DNA of 60,535 nucleotides, filler included, from 7 parts of 7 records of this genome joined end to end with filler, not necessarily neighbours in it, one strand, 5' to 3'; positions 31,451 to 42,703 are shown, numbered from the whole stretch's first letter. Notes: generated by a model from the sequence alone, not told the origin. Numbers and translations are program-made.

Positions 31451-31987
31451 TTAATAGTTTTGCGCAAAAAGTTCGAAGTACGCTTTTTTGTGGGCGCAGA
31501 CGGGGCATACTTCCGGCGCTTCTTTCGCAACCATGCGATGGCCGCAATTGGAACATTTCCATTCGACCTCTTCGGCTCGTGCAAAAACTTCGCCGCTTTT
31601 GACGTTTTCAAGTAAGGCGTTATATCTTGCTTCGTGGTTCTTTTCGATTGCTGCTACACCGTCAAACAAGTCTGCGATTTTGTCAAAGCCCTCTTCTCTT
31701 GCTTCTTTTGCCATGCGCGGATACATTTCTTCCCATTCGCCGTTTTCGCCTGCGGCCGCAGTTACCAGGTTTTCCGCCGTTGTGCCGATGCCTGCAAGAA
31801 GCTTATACCAAAGCTCAGCGTGTTCTTTCTCGTTGCCTGCCGTTTCGAGGAAAAGCTCAGAGATCTGTATATAGCCTTCCGCTTTTGCTTTGGAGGCAAA
31901 GTAGGTGTATTTGTTTCTTGCCATCGATTCGCCTGCGAACGCTTCGGCAAGGTTGGCTTCCGTTTTTGTACCTTTCAAACTTTTCAT
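31451..31987 (-). CDS. rbr: Rubrerythrin
   Basis: AFAGESMARNKY, EKEHA, GENGEW and EKNHE diiron ligands; C-terminal CSNCG...CPVC rubredoxin-like site. Confidence 0.95.
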   Translation of the reverse strand: MKSLKGTKTEANLAEAFAGESMARNKYTYFASKAKAEGYIQISELFLETAGNEKEHAELWYKLLAGIGTTAENLVTAAAGENGEWEEMYPRMAKEAREEGFDKIADLFDGVAAIEKNHEARYNALLENVKSGEVFARAEEVEWKCSNCGHRMVAKEAPEVCPVCAHKKAYFELFAQNY

Positions 31988-32034
31988 ATATGATCCTCCT
32001 TATAAAAATCGTTGTTTTCGGTTATGCTGCGGTG

Positions 32035-32415
32035 CTATGCGCGCCACAGGCCGTGTAGGTTGCAGTAGGCGAAAGTCTCCACAATATCTTTCGCGTCCAG
32101 GTTAAACTCTGCTTCGGGTGCGTCGGCAGGATTGAGCTTCGCTCTGCCGTGTTTGCCGTCTTTTGTCACAACTTCGATGAAATCGATGTGGTGTTTCTCT
32201 GTCATTGGATGTGGAACGCTGCCGAGTTTTACGATTGTTTTGTCACCGTTTGCTTCGATGACCGGTACGTGTTTTTCCTTACCCGTATCATGCGTTTTTG
32301 CTTCAAGTTTCACCATGTCTTGCCCGCAGCATGTAAGCGTAGGTGCACCGGAAACGAGAACCTGCACGACATGACCGCATTCTTCACAATAGTAATAGTC
32401 TCCGTAATTCGTCAT
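32035..32415 (-). CDS. dfx: Desulfoferrodoxin (2Fe superoxide reductase)
   Basis: CEECG...CCG desulforedoxin domain; EKHVP, HPMTEKHHI and YCNLHGLW. Confidence 0.93.
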   Translation of the reverse strand: MTNYGDYYYCEECGHVVQVLVSGAPTLTCCGQDMVKLEAKTHDTGKEKHVPVIEANGDKTIVKLGSVPHPMTEKHHIDFIEVVTKDGKHGRAKLNPADAPEAEFNLDAKDIVETFAYCNLHGLWRA

Positions 32416-32437
32416 AATATATCCTCCTTAATATTGT

Positions 32438-32863
32438 TTATGTTTTTTCGTTTTTTGCACTACAGTTGCGGCAAACGCCAGAAAACGTAATGCTGCACCG
32501 CTCAGTACGGTGGCCGCTAAGTACCGCGTTTTTCATCGCGTAGCTTTCGATATCCTCCGCGTCGATATCATAAACACAATTGCATTCTCGGCAGTAAAAA
32601 TGCGAATGCTCGCTGATATCTGCATCATACCTGTCGAACGAGGCGCAGCAAGTCAACCGTTGAAGCAGCCCCTGCTGTTCGAGTATACCGAGATTGCGGT
32701 ATACAGTACTCAAGCTGAGGTTTGGGAACTTTGGTTTCATCTTCTCGAACAGCCAAAATGCGTTTGGGTGTGATTTCGTCGATCGGAGCAGTTCGAGCAT
32801 GTAGGTGCGCTGTCTCGTATTTCGAATTCGTTTGGGTTCACCAGCCAAAATACTTGCCTCCAA
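32438..32863 (-). CDS. perR: Fur-family regulator, probably PerR
   Basis: RNTRQR, SHP, SLSTVYRNL, RYD...HSHFYCRECN and CRNC. It heads the dfx-rbr operon. Confidence 0.8.
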   Translation of the reverse strand: MEASILAGEPKRIRNTRQRTYMLELLRSTKSHPNAFWLFEKMKPKFPNLSLSTVYRNLGILEQQGLLQRLTCCASFDRYDADISEHSHFYCRECNCVYDIDAEDIESYAMKNAVLSGHRTERCSITFSGVCRNCSAKNEKT

Positions 32864-32926
32864 TTAATTTCCGGGTTTTCCGCTGATGTTCCATCGGCGG
32901 GGTAAATATTCGGAACTATTATTAAT

Positions 32927-32955
32927 AAGATACCATGGTCGTAAACAAAAGTCAA
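32927..32955 (-). promoter_or_regulatory. Putative sigmaA promoter for perR-dfx-rbr
   Basis: Minus strand TTGACT, 17-bp spacer, TATCTT. Confidence 0.5.
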
Positions 32956-33060
32956 TTATTTTTACCATTTTTAAAGTAAAGATTATAGTAATTCTGAATA
33001 ATCCTTTTTTGAATCGACAAACAGTGGTATCTTTAAATAGTAGATAGAAAGGGGGATGTT

Positions 33061-35135
33061 ATGAAACGAAGAATCAAAGAAAGTTTGCTGATTATTTTGT
33101 CGATTGTGTTGGCGATATCGATGCTTGGCTGCGTAACTCCCGATACGGGAGAAGGGTCGGTGTTCTTTAATGAAGAAAGCAGGGACAATGAGAACAAATG
33201 GGGCGTCGCGTCCCAAACCGAGATACCGGAACGACAAGCACGCCGACACAGGGAGCAACCGAGACGCCGGAGCTGAATACCGAGACAACGATTTCGCCTG
33301 ACGAGACTACTGAGTCGTATTCTGAGAGCTGGACTATTATGCTGTATATAAACGGTGCAGACCTTGAGAGCGATGGCGGCGAAGCAACAGCGAATCTTAT
33401 AAGCCTTTTAGACGTATCGCTGCCAGAGAGCATTAATGTATTGGTCTATACGGGAGGGACACGTACTTGGCAGAATGATATCATCAGCTCAAATAACAAT
33501 CAAATATATAAGGTGGAGAATCAAAGCTTAACGCTGCTGCAAAACCTTGATATAAAGAACATGGGCGAAAGCGCGACGCTGACCGAGTTCATCACATATG
33601 CTCAGACGAACTATCCGGCGGACAAAAAAGCGCTGTTTTTCTGGAATCATGGTGCGGGCAGCGTTGATGGCTTTGGCACGGACGAACTGTATAATTATGA
33701 CTCGCTGCGGCTTTCTGAAATGCAAAGTGCGTTTGCGCAGAGCTTTGACGGACAGAAGTTTGACCTCGTCGGCTTCGATGCATGCTTAATGGCGACAGTC
33801 GAGATGGCAAGCGTTCTGGAACCTTACGCACAATATATGGTCGCTTCGGAAGAGATTGAGCCGGGCGGCGGCTGGAATTATGAATACTATTACAGTGCGC
33901 TGGCGGGGAACCCTGGCATGACGGGAGAAGAGCTTGGTATCGCGATCACGGACGGCTATTACCAAAAATACGCGAATACTGAAAACGAGAGCATTATTAC
34001 ATGCTCGGTGATTGATCTTTCCAAAATCCCCGCGCTCGAAGAAACACTTGGCGTGTTTGCGACCAAGCTGTCGGAAAGCATTGTGGAGCCGAAGCAGATG
34101 AATATCATTGCGAAATACAGGAACCAAACGGAAAGCTACGGAGAAGAGCCGGGCAGCATAGCTTACGATGTATCCTACGACATGGTTGATCTTTACAACT
34201 TTGTAGATTTGCAGAAGGAGATGAACCCGCAGCTTTCCGAAGACCTGATGAATGCCATTGAAGATGCGGTGGTGTATGATGTAAAAGGCTCACAGCGCAT
34301 TGATTCATATGGACTGTCGATCTTCTTTCCACACAACGGTGAGGCATATTTTGAGGAGTACTTGCCAATCTACAATCAGCTTGACTTCTGCCCGGAATAT
34401 AAGCAGTTTGTCAGCGAATACGCGTCCAACAAAACCGATCAAGCATATCTGGCCGAAACTCCGGATTTCGAGAATGCGGTGTTTGAATCGGAGGGGGATC
34501 CGGAAGGCGACTATATCGAAGTCGGCTCGTACTTTGTGCAGTTGACAGATGAAGAAGTGCAGTATATGAGCTATGTGTATTGTGTACTCGGCTGGTATAT
34601 GGACAATGGCGACTTGATTGATCTTGGGTACGACAGCGATTTAACGATTAACTATGAGACCAACACGTACTACGACGACTTTGACGGTTCGTGGACAGGG
34701 CTGAACGGTCAGCCGGTCGCGCTGTATATCATGGAAGAGACGGACGACTATGTTGTATACAACATTCCGGTGCTGTACAACGGCGATAAAGCGGTGATAT
34801 CGGGATCGTGGATATGGGACAGCACATATGAAGAAGGCGGGTATTACACGTATAACGGTATGTTTTATACCAACGACGAGTATTCCGCGCCCAGTACGAA
34901 GTTTTCGATCGAGCTGCAGGTAGGCGACGCAATCACGCCGCTGTACACAACGCTATACGCTGAGGACGGCTACGACGGCTACTACGAGGGCGATACGTTC
35001 TATCTCGATGAAAACGGATTGTATCTGGAACTCATTTGGCTGCCTGATGGCATTTATGAATACGGCTTCGCGTTTGTGGATAACAATGGCGAGTACCACT
35101 ACTCACAGACCATTGACTTTGAACTGTATTCATAA
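33061..35135 (+). CDS. Clostripain-family (C11) cysteine peptidase lipoprotein, frameshift at the G4 run near 33200-33203
   Basis: Lipobox MLGC in ORF 33061; Thr/Pro-rich linker; WTIMLYINGADLES, WNHGAG (His), GFDACLM (Cys) and ASEEIEPGGGW. Confidence 0.88.
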
Positions 35136-35149
35136 ATAAGGAGATTTTT

Positions 35150-35187
35150 AAAAAGCGTCTATGCTGCCGACAGCAAAGGCGCTTTTT
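35150..35187 (+). terminator. Rho-independent terminator
   Basis: AAAAAGCGTCT-ATGCTG-CCGA-CAGCA-AAGGCGCTTTTT. Confidence 0.7.
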
Positions 35188-35190
35188 GTC

Positions 35191-35219
35191 TTGAGAGCGG
35201 CTTGAGCATCGGGTATAAT
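35191..35219 (+). promoter_or_regulatory. sigmaA promoter for the cyclophilin gene
   Basis: TTGAGA, 17-bp spacer, TATAAT. Confidence 0.65.
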
Positions 35220-35281
35220 AGCACCGTGAAATATGAGTATAATGGAATTCAAAATAACAAAGCTTATATAAGGAGAGATGT

Positions 35282-35785
35282 ATGGTAACGATCGAAATGG
35301 AAAACGGTAAAAAAATCGAACTTGAACTGGATGAAAAGGCTGCGCCCAACTCGGCGGCGAATTATAAAAGCCTGGTGGCAAGCGGCTTTTATAACGGGCT
35401 GATTTTTCACCGCGTCATCAAAGGCTTCATGATTCAGGGCGGCTGCCCGGATGGCGTGGGTACGGGTGATCCAGGCTATGCCATCAAAGGCGAGTTTTCT
35501 GCCAATGGGGTTGACAATCCGCTGAAGCATACGAAGGGCGTAATCTCAATGGCTAGATCGCAGATGATGGACAGTGCGGGCAGTCAGTTCTTCATTATGC
35601 ACGAGGATGCACCGTTTCTTGACGGGCAGTACGCGGCGTTTGGCAAGGTAGTGTCCGGGCAGGACGTTGTTGACGAGATTGCCTGCACGCAGACGGGGGC
35701 GCAAGACAGGCCAGTCGAGCCGCAGGTCATCAAGAGTATTACGCTTTCTGAGGATGAAAAGGTAACTGAACCGGAGAAGGTGTAA
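35282..35785 (+). CDS. Cyclophilin-type peptidyl-prolyl isomerase
   Basis: FHRVIKGFMIQGG, GVISMAR, SAGSQFFI and LDGQYAAFGKV. Confidence 0.95.
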   Translation: MVTIEMENGKKIELELDEKAAPNSAANYKSLVASGFYNGLIFHRVIKGFMIQGGCPDGVGTGDPGYAIKGEFSANGVDNPLKHTKGVISMARSQMMDSAGSQFFIMHEDAPFLDGQYAAFGKVVSGQDVVDEIACTQTGAQDRPVEPQVIKSITLSEDEKVTEPEKV

Positions 35786-35805
35786 GGTAAAGGCTTGAGA
35801 ATGAA

Positions 35806-35833
35806 GGGCGCTGCGATTGCGGTGCTCTTTTTT
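35806..35833 (+). terminator. Rho-independent terminator
   Basis: GGGCGCTGC-GATT-GCGGTGCTC followed by TTTTTT. Confidence 0.7.
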
Positions 35834-35922
35834 ATTGAGGTCCAGTATAAACAAACAAGAATGGTGCATAGGTGGTTATAAAAAAGGCGGGGTATGTGCA
35901 TCGTCTTCGTCATGCTTAAAGA

Positions 35923-36931
35923 CTACACATTAAACTTAAACAATGTCACATCGCCGTCATGCATCACATATTCCTTACCTTCTTGCCGAACCAGACCCTG
36001 CGCGCGCGCTTCTGCCATTGTACCGCAACGCTTTAAGTCGTCGAAAGCGACGATCTCGGCACGGATGAAACCACGCTCAAAGTCGGTATGGATTTTGCCT
36101 GCCGCACCCGGCGCTTTCGTTCCGTTTACAATCGTCCATGCGCGTACTTCCTTTTCGCCCGCAGTTAGATAGCTGATGAGGTTTAGTAGCTTATAGCTCT
36201 TTTGGATGAGCTGATCCAGCCCGCTCTCTTCGATACCGAGCTCATCAAGGAACATCTGTTTTTCTTCGCCGTCCAGCGCGGCAAGCTCTTCTTCGAGCTT
36301 CGCGCAGATGACCATGACTTCGGCGTTTTGCGTTGCTGCGAGTTCTTTCAAGGCCTTTACCTGTGGTTGGCTGTCCGTGTCTGCCGCATCGTCTTCGCTG
36401 ATGTTTGCGGCATACAGCATCGGCTTGTCTGTCAGCAAAAAGAGGTCTGCGACGAGCTCGTGTGAGAAGGCGTCCAAATCCATGCCGGATACGAATACGC
36501 CCGCTTCGAGCTGATCCTTGATTTTTTGCAGCGCGTTACACTCCATCTTGTATTTCTTGTCGCCCGTTTTTATCATCTTTTCAGATTTTTGAAGCCGCTT
36601 TTCTACTGCCTCTATATCGGCGAAAATCAGCTCGAAGTTAATCGTCTCGGCGTCGCGTTTGCTGTCTACGCTGCCGTCCACATGCGTGATATCGCTGCTC
36701 TCGAAGCAGCGCACTACGTGCAGAATTGCGTCCACTTCGCGGATGTGCGAGAGGAATTTATTGCCCAGCCCTTCGCCCTTGCTTGCGCCCTTGACGAGCC
36801 CCGCGATATCCACGAACTCCACGACGGCGGGGGTGAACTTTTCGGGGCTGTACAGCGCAGAGAGAAAGTCCATACGCTTGTCCGGCACCGCCACGATTCC
36901 GACGTTCGGGTCGATTGTGCAGAACGGATAG
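35923..36931 (-). CDS. ychF: Redox-regulated ATPase YchF, 5'-truncated
   Basis: YPFCTIDPNVG, DIAGLVKGASKGEGLGNKFLSHIRE, AGKIHTDFERGFIRAE and a TGS C-terminus. Confidence 0.97.
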
Positions 36932-37031
36932 NNNNNNNNNNNNNNNNNNNNNNNNNNNNNNNNNNNNNNNNNNNNTTAATTAATTAANNNNNNNNNNNNN
37001 NNNNNNNNNNNNNNNNNNNNNNNNNNNNNNN
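36932..37031. other. Artificial contig-join spacer
   Basis: N44-TTAATTAATTAA-N44. Confidence 0.98.
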
Positions 37032-39212
37032 AGTCATGAGATAAGAACACCAATGAATGCAATAATTGGTTTAAATGATCTGTTAGCTGATACAAATGTA
37101 AATTCTAAACAGATGGATTATATACAAAAAATAGGAAATTCAGCTAATAATCTTCTTGGTATTATAAACGATATCCTGGATTTCTCAAAAATAGAGGCAG
37201 GTAAATTGGAGCTTGAAAATATTCATTTTAGTTTAGATGAAATGTTAGATAATTTAACAACAATTGTTGCACTGAAAGCCCATGCAAAGAATTTAGAATT
37301 AGTATTTGTTAAAAAAAATGATGTTCCAAATGAGTTAGTTGGTGACCCGCTTAGACTACAGCAAGTTTTGCTGAATTTGGTTAATAATGCAATTAAATTT
37401 ACTGAAAGTGGAGAAGTAGCACTAGAAATAGATACATTAGATGAGATGTGGGATATTAGTAAAATTAGATTTCGAGTGATAGATACTGGTATTGGTATGA
37501 CAGATGAGCATATGAAGAAATTATTTGCTTCATTTTCTCAAGCTGATGAATCAACAACTAGAAAATATGGAGGAACAGGTTTAGGTTTAAGTATTTCAAA
37601 ATCACTTGTTGAAATGATGGGTGGAGAGATATCAGTTAGTAGTACATACGGTGAAGGAACAACATTTGAATTTTATGCAGACTTTCCTGTGATTCAGGAT
37701 GCGGAAAAAGCTTATAAATCTCAATTTAAGTCCATAAAGAATATAAGAGTGCTTGCAGTTGATGATAATGTCCGAGTAAGAAGGGCAATTGCTGAATATT
37801 TAAATGAAGCAGTGGAAAAATTAACACTTTTAGCTTCATCACGAGATGCAATTGAGGAATTAAAGGAAAATGATTATGATTTGCTAATATTAGATTATGC
37901 CTTGTCAGAATTAAGTGGATTAAATACCTGGGAAAAGATTCGCGCAGATTTAGATGAAGATAAAATTCCAAAATTAATCTTAATGGCTTCATATGGAGAG
38001 CAAAATTTTGAATATTTTACACTAAATGCAGGAATAGACAATATTTTATTTAAACCATTATCCAGAAGACAACTAATAGATTTAATACTGGAAAACTTTT
38101 CAATAGAAACATTTATTTCAGCAAAATCAAGTGTTAATGAGGATTATCCATTAGGATTTGATGAAATTAGAGGGGCAAAAATATTATTAGTGGAAGACAA
38201 TAAAATTAATCAACAAGTAGCGAAGGAACTTCTAATCCGTGAAGAGTTTTGGGTTGATATTGCTGAAAATGGAAATGAAGCAATAGAGATGGTTGTTGGA
38301 AAAGATTATGACATTGTACTTTTAGACTTACAAATGCCAATATTAGATGGTTATGAAGCAGCCAAAATAATTCGTGAGGAACATAATATTAGGGAGCTTC
38401 CAATAGTGGCTCTCAGTGCAGATGCAATGAGTGGAACGAGAGAAAAGGTTCTTCAAGTAGGAATGGATGATTATATTACTAAACCAATAGATAAAAAAGT
38501 ATTGTTTAAAGCTCTTGTAAGGTGGATAAAACCTCACAATAGAGATAAAAATATATATGAAAATGAGAATGATGACTACATAGTTGGAGTGTCGAAAATA
38601 AAAGAGATGCTTCCATCTATTGATGTTAAAGATGCATTAAAACGTGTTTCCGGAAATATAAAGCTTTATATAAGTATTCTTACTAAATTTCGAAATGATT
38701 ATAATAAGTTTTTTACTGAATTATCAAACCTTATAATTTCAGGTAAGAGAAGTGATGTCTTGAGAGCAGTACATACTCTTAAAGGAACTTCTGGCAATAT
38801 AGGGGCTAAAAAACTAAATGGAATTTTGATAGAAGTTGAAGCTGTAATGAAGGATATGGAGATAATTTTACTGGAAAGTTTAGAAGAAGAGTTTAAAAAA
38901 ATGAAGTTAGAGCTTGATAAGGTATTAAGTGAAGTTTCAAGTTTATTAGGGGTTATTAATGAGGTGGAGAGCTCTGAAGAAGAATCAGTAATTGAGATTT
39001 CAAGAGAAGAACTCTTGGAAAAGCTAGATGAACTAAGAGAAAATATTGATAACTACAATACAAGTTCATCGTTAATACATGAGAAACTTAGAAAATATAT
39101 TACTAATAAAGAAGAGTTAGATTTGTATAAAAAAATAGGAGAATATATCGAAGAGTATGAGTTTGAACAAGCTTTAGAAATTTATGAGGCATTGATTAAA
39201 CATTATAATTAA
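37032..39212 (+). CDS. Hybrid histidine kinase HisKA-HATPase-REC-REC-Hpt, 5'-truncated
   Basis: SHEIRTPMNAIIG H-box, NLVNNAIKF, DTGIG and GGTGLGL; two receiver domains (VDDN..LILD and VEDN..LLDLQMP); Hpt HTLKGTSGNIGA. Confidence 0.93.
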   Translation, partial: SHEIRTPMNAIIGLNDLLADTNVNSKQMDYIQKIGNSANNLLGIINDILDFSKIEAGKLELENIHFSLDEMLDNLTTIVALKAHAKNLELVFVKKNDVPNELVGDPLRLQQVLLNLVNNAIKFTESGEVALEIDTLDEMWDISKIRFRVIDTGIGMTDEHMKKLFASFSQADESTTRKYGGTGLGLSISKSLVEMMGGEISVSSTYGEGTTFEFYADFPVIQDAEKAYKSQFKSIKNIRVLAVDDNVRVRRAIAEYLNEAVEKLTLLASSRDAIEELKENDYDLLILDYALSELSGLNTWEKIRADLDEDKIPKLILMASYGEQNFEYFTLNAGIDNILFKPLSRRQLIDLILENFSIETFISAKSSVNEDYPLGFDEIRGAKILLVEDNKINQQVAKELLIREEFWVDIAENGNEAIEMVVGKDYDIVLLDLQMPILDGYEAAKIIREEHNIRELPIVALSADAMSGTREKVLQVGMDDYITKPIDKKVLFKALVRWIKPHNRDKNIYENENDDYIVGVSKIKEMLPSIDVKDALKRVSGNIKLYISILTKFRNDYNKFFTELSNLIISGKRSDVLRAVHTLKGTSGNIGAKKLNGILIEVEAVMKDMEIILLESLEEEFKKMKLELDKVLSEVSSLLGVINEVESSEEESVIEISREELLEKLDELRENIDNYNTSSSLIHEKLRKYITNKEELDLYKKIGEYIEEYEFEQALEIYEALIKHYN

Positions 39213-39245
39213 GCTATCTACTGTGATGTGAGAGGGGATGATATT

Positions 39246-40433
39246 ATGAAATCAAATAATTACTCCAGAGTGTTATTTGTTGATGATGAGAAGAATATTC
39301 TTAATACTTTAAAAAGATCATTTATGAGGAAACCTATGAATATCTTTACAGCTTCATCTGCAAAAGCAGGTCTGGAATTACTTGAGAAAGAAAAAATAGA
39401 TGTAGTTGTTTCTGATGTTAAGATGCCAGAGATGGATGGAATAGAGTTTTTAACTGTGGTTAAAAAGAAGTATCCAGATATTAATAGAATAATCTTGAGT
39501 GGTTATGTTGAGAAAGAATCTGTTATCAATGCAATATTAACTGGTGTAGCTTTTACTTATCTTACTAAACCTTGGGTTAATGAAGAGGTATATCAAAAGC
39601 TGCAATATGTAATTAATATTTCCAAGATAATTAAAAGTAAAAATGTACTTTCTAAAATTAATAAAATTGAGAAGCTACCAGATATTCCTGAACTATATCA
39701 ACACTTTATAGACGCTGTTACTAAGGGTTTATCTATGAATGAAATATCAGAGATAATTTCAAAAGATATCTCACTTACTACTAAGATAATACAGATAGTT
39801 AACTCAGCATTTTATTCTGCACATAGAATATCAGCACTTGATACAGCCGTAAACTTATTAGGTCTTAATAATCTAAAAAGTATAATATTCTCAACAATAT
39901 TGTTGGAGGAGAAAGAGTTAAGTAATAAAGAAAAAAGAGAATTAATTGGAATAAGTGAGCAATCTTATAGAGTAAATAAAACTCTGCAAAAACTATATAA
40001 AGCTAAATATGGCGAAAACTTAGATGATAATTATAAATCACTTGGTTTGATATATGAAGTTGGAAAACTTATATTAATCAGAGATTATAGTGAAGAATAT
40101 TTTAAGATAAGTGAAGCATTAACAGAGGAGGATTCAATTGACTTTTATGCTATGGAGATGGAATTTGGTCATTATGGTTGTACTTATCGGGAGATAGGAG
40201 GATATTTTCTACACCTATGGAATTTTTCAGAGATAAGTGTAGCAGCCGCACTTTATAATTTTGAGTTAGAAAGTTTAAGTGAAAAAGAGAGAGAAGTACT
40301 GGAAGTACTGCAATTGTCAGATAAATATATAAAACTAAAAGAGAAAAATCTTTTAGGTAAATTGGAACAATTACCTATATTTTCAAAGGTCGGTTTAAGC
40401 TTGGATGAAATTACTGAAGCACTTGAAAGTTAA
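39246..40433 (+). CDS. Response regulator REC-HDOD
   Basis: FVDDE, VSDVKMPEMDG and TKPW receiver motifs; LPDIP...D..LT.KII..VNSAFY...AV.LLG HDOD pattern. Confidence 0.85.
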   Translation: MKSNNYSRVLFVDDEKNILNTLKRSFMRKPMNIFTASSAKAGLELLEKEKIDVVVSDVKMPEMDGIEFLTVVKKKYPDINRIILSGYVEKESVINAILTGVAFTYLTKPWVNEEVYQKLQYVINISKIIKSKNVLSKINKIEKLPDIPELYQHFIDAVTKGLSMNEISEIISKDISLTTKIIQIVNSAFYSAHRISALDTAVNLLGLNNLKSIIFSTILLEEKELSNKEKRELIGISEQSYRVNKTLQKLYKAKYGENLDDNYKSLGLIYEVGKLILIRDYSEEYFKISEALTEEDSIDFYAMEMEFGHYGCTYREIGGYFLHLWNFSEISVAAALYNFELESLSEKEREVLEVLQLSDKYIKLKEKNLLGKLEQLPIFSKVGLSLDEITEALES

Positions 40434-40447
40434 AGGAGGCCATAAAA

Positions 40448-41164
40448 ATGAGCGGAAAAAGATTGGTAGAGGAGAAAGCCAAGGAAAAATTTAAGATACT
40501 ATTTGTTGACGATGAGAAAGCTATGCTACACTCAATAAAAAGAGGTCTTCATGGTAAAGGTTTTCATACGATATTTACTGATTCAGCAGAAAAAGCTTTG
40601 ATGTTACTTGGTAAAGATAAAGATATTGGGCTTGTTGTTTCTGACCTTAAGATGCCAGGTATGAATGGAATAGAGTTCCTAAAGATTGTAAATGAGAGAC
40701 ACCCGGAGGTAATAAAGATTGTATTAACTGGAAATGCACAAATACCAAATATTTTAGCAACTATTAATGAAAGTAAAATATATAAATATTTAGTAAAACC
40801 CTGGAGATTGCATGAGGAATTTATTCCTACGATGACAGAGGCTCTTTATATGTTCTATATGAATACGAAACGTGAAGAGCTGATGGCACAGGAATTTCAA
40901 CCAGAAAAAGGTGACGGCGGTGGAATAACAGCTGAACAAATACAATATTTTAAAAGTGTAACTGAGATTTTGAAACATGCGAAAAATGATATACAACTTA
41001 TACATAAAGTTTCCGATAAATTGCCATTTTTTGATAAATCAAATCTGGAGAAATTGTCTCTTGATATCTACTCTAGAAGTGGAAATATCTACTCGAGTCT
41101 AGAATCGATATTAAGTACTTTGGAAAATATTATAAAAGTGACTGAGAATACAGATGAGATTTAG
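40448..41164 (+). CDS. Response regulator receiver protein with a helical C-terminal extension
   Basis: FVDDE, SDLKMPGMNG and VKPW; no recognisable DNA-binding domain. Confidence 0.82.
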   Translation: MSGKRLVEEKAKEKFKILFVDDEKAMLHSIKRGLHGKGFHTIFTDSAEKALMLLGKDKDIGLVVSDLKMPGMNGIEFLKIVNERHPEVIKIVLTGNAQIPNILATINESKIYKYLVKPWRLHEEFIPTMTEALYMFYMNTKREELMAQEFQPEKGDGGGITAEQIQYFKSVTEILKHAKNDIQLIHKVSDKLPFFDKSNLEKLSLDIYSRSGNIYSSLESILSTLENIIKVTENTDEI

Positions 41165-41211
41165 TGCTTGATTTCGGAGTTTGGGATGTCTAAAAATTTG
41201 GAGGGAAAATT

Positions 41212-42635
41212 ATGAGTGGAACTACAAGAGAGCAACCAACTGATAACTTAAAAGTTAGTATGGGTAAAATTATTGACGGTTTTGTTATGCTTCACTATGT
41301 AATAAAAAATATACATGATGCTAAAAATTATAATGAGATACTTCGAAAATATCTAGAATCATTAGTTACAGAAGGGGGTTCAAATTTGACAGTGCTAAGC
41401 TATATCTATTTCAAGATAAAATAAAAGAGATAGATTTAGTTGACGATAAACTGAACTTTAAAACCCTTGAAAAAATAGAGGATAAAGTTATACTTCGAGC
41501 CATTAAAGAGAGGCTCTATAAAACGTCAGATGACTTTAAAAGAGTAATAATGCCATTGGAGTCACAAGGTAGTATAATTGGAGTTATTGCTATTAATAAT
41601 TCTAGTGAAATAAGCTTTGAGACACTTAAAGCGATAGAAATATTTGCAATGCAGACATCTACAATACTGGATCTAGTTAAACTTAAACTTAATCTTGAAA
41701 AAGAAGTCTTAAAAAAGACAAGAGAGCTAAGTGAAGCAAATACTGAACTTACGAAACATTCAGAGGATTTAGAAAATTTAGTAGAAGAAAGAACTAAAAA
41801 AATTAAAAACGTACAAACTCAAATGATTCAAAAAGAAAAATTAGCTTCAATAGGGCAGTTAGCAGCTGGAGTAGCCCATGAACTTAATAACCCAATAGGA
41901 TTTGTAACTGGAAACTTTACTGCTCTAAAGGATTATTTTAATATAATGAAAGAGTATATTGATCTATTTAATTCACTAAAAGAAGAAGTTGAGTCAATTG
42001 ATAATGATGAAATAAAAGAAAAAATAACAAAAATAGGGGAGTTTGAGGAATCTGTTGACGTTGGGTTTATATTAGATGATATTGATATGCTTTTTGAGGA
42101 ATCTGAAGAAGGTTTAACGAGGGTTACTGACATAGTTAAAAATTTAAAAGAGTTTTCTAGAATAGATGATGAAAAATCTGAAGATTTTAATATAATAAAA
42201 GGAATCAATAATACACTGATAATAGCTAAAAACGAGTATAAATATTGCGCTGATATTAAGACGGAATTAAATGAGGTACCAAATATAAAAGCTAATGGTG
42301 GAGAAATAAATGAAGTTATACTAAATATTGTGGTCAATGCAGCTCAAGCGATAAGGGAGTTAAATTTAACAGAAAATAAAGAAATAACGATTAAGACATA
42401 TGAGCAGGAAGGTTATGTTTATTGTGAGATAGAGGATAATGGGCCTGGAATGCCGGAAGAGGTTAAGAGGAAAATATTTGACCCTTTCTTTACAACAAAA
42501 GAACCAGGAAAAGGAACAGGACTTGGTTTGAATATTGCATATGATATAGTAACTAATAAACATAACGGGGAGCTCTTAGTGGAGAGTGAAGTGGGAACGG
42601 GAACTAAATTTGTGATAAAATTACCTGTAGAATAA
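41212..42635 (+). CDS. Cytoplasmic NtrB-like histidine kinase with a GAF-like N-terminus, frameshift at the G5 run 41374-41378
   Basis: EKLASIGQLAAGVAHELNNP, NIVVNAAQA, DNGPG and FFTTKEPGKGTGLGL. The kinase frame is open from about 41379 (FKFDSAKLY...). Confidence 0.88.
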
Positions 42636-42664
42636 AATAATGGTAAAATTGCCAAAATATTCAT

Positions 42665-42703
42665 AAAAAAAATTGGGGCTCAAAATGATTCCCAATTTTT
42701 TTT
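42665..42703. terminator. Bidirectional terminator between convergent genes
   Basis: A8-TTGGG...CCCAA-T8. Confidence 0.65.

Noticed and set aside
30204-36987. Many 60-190 aa antisense or overlapping ORFs in the Clostridia-like segment
   Set aside because: They are shadows of well-supported genes in higher-GC DNA, with no motifs or RBS.
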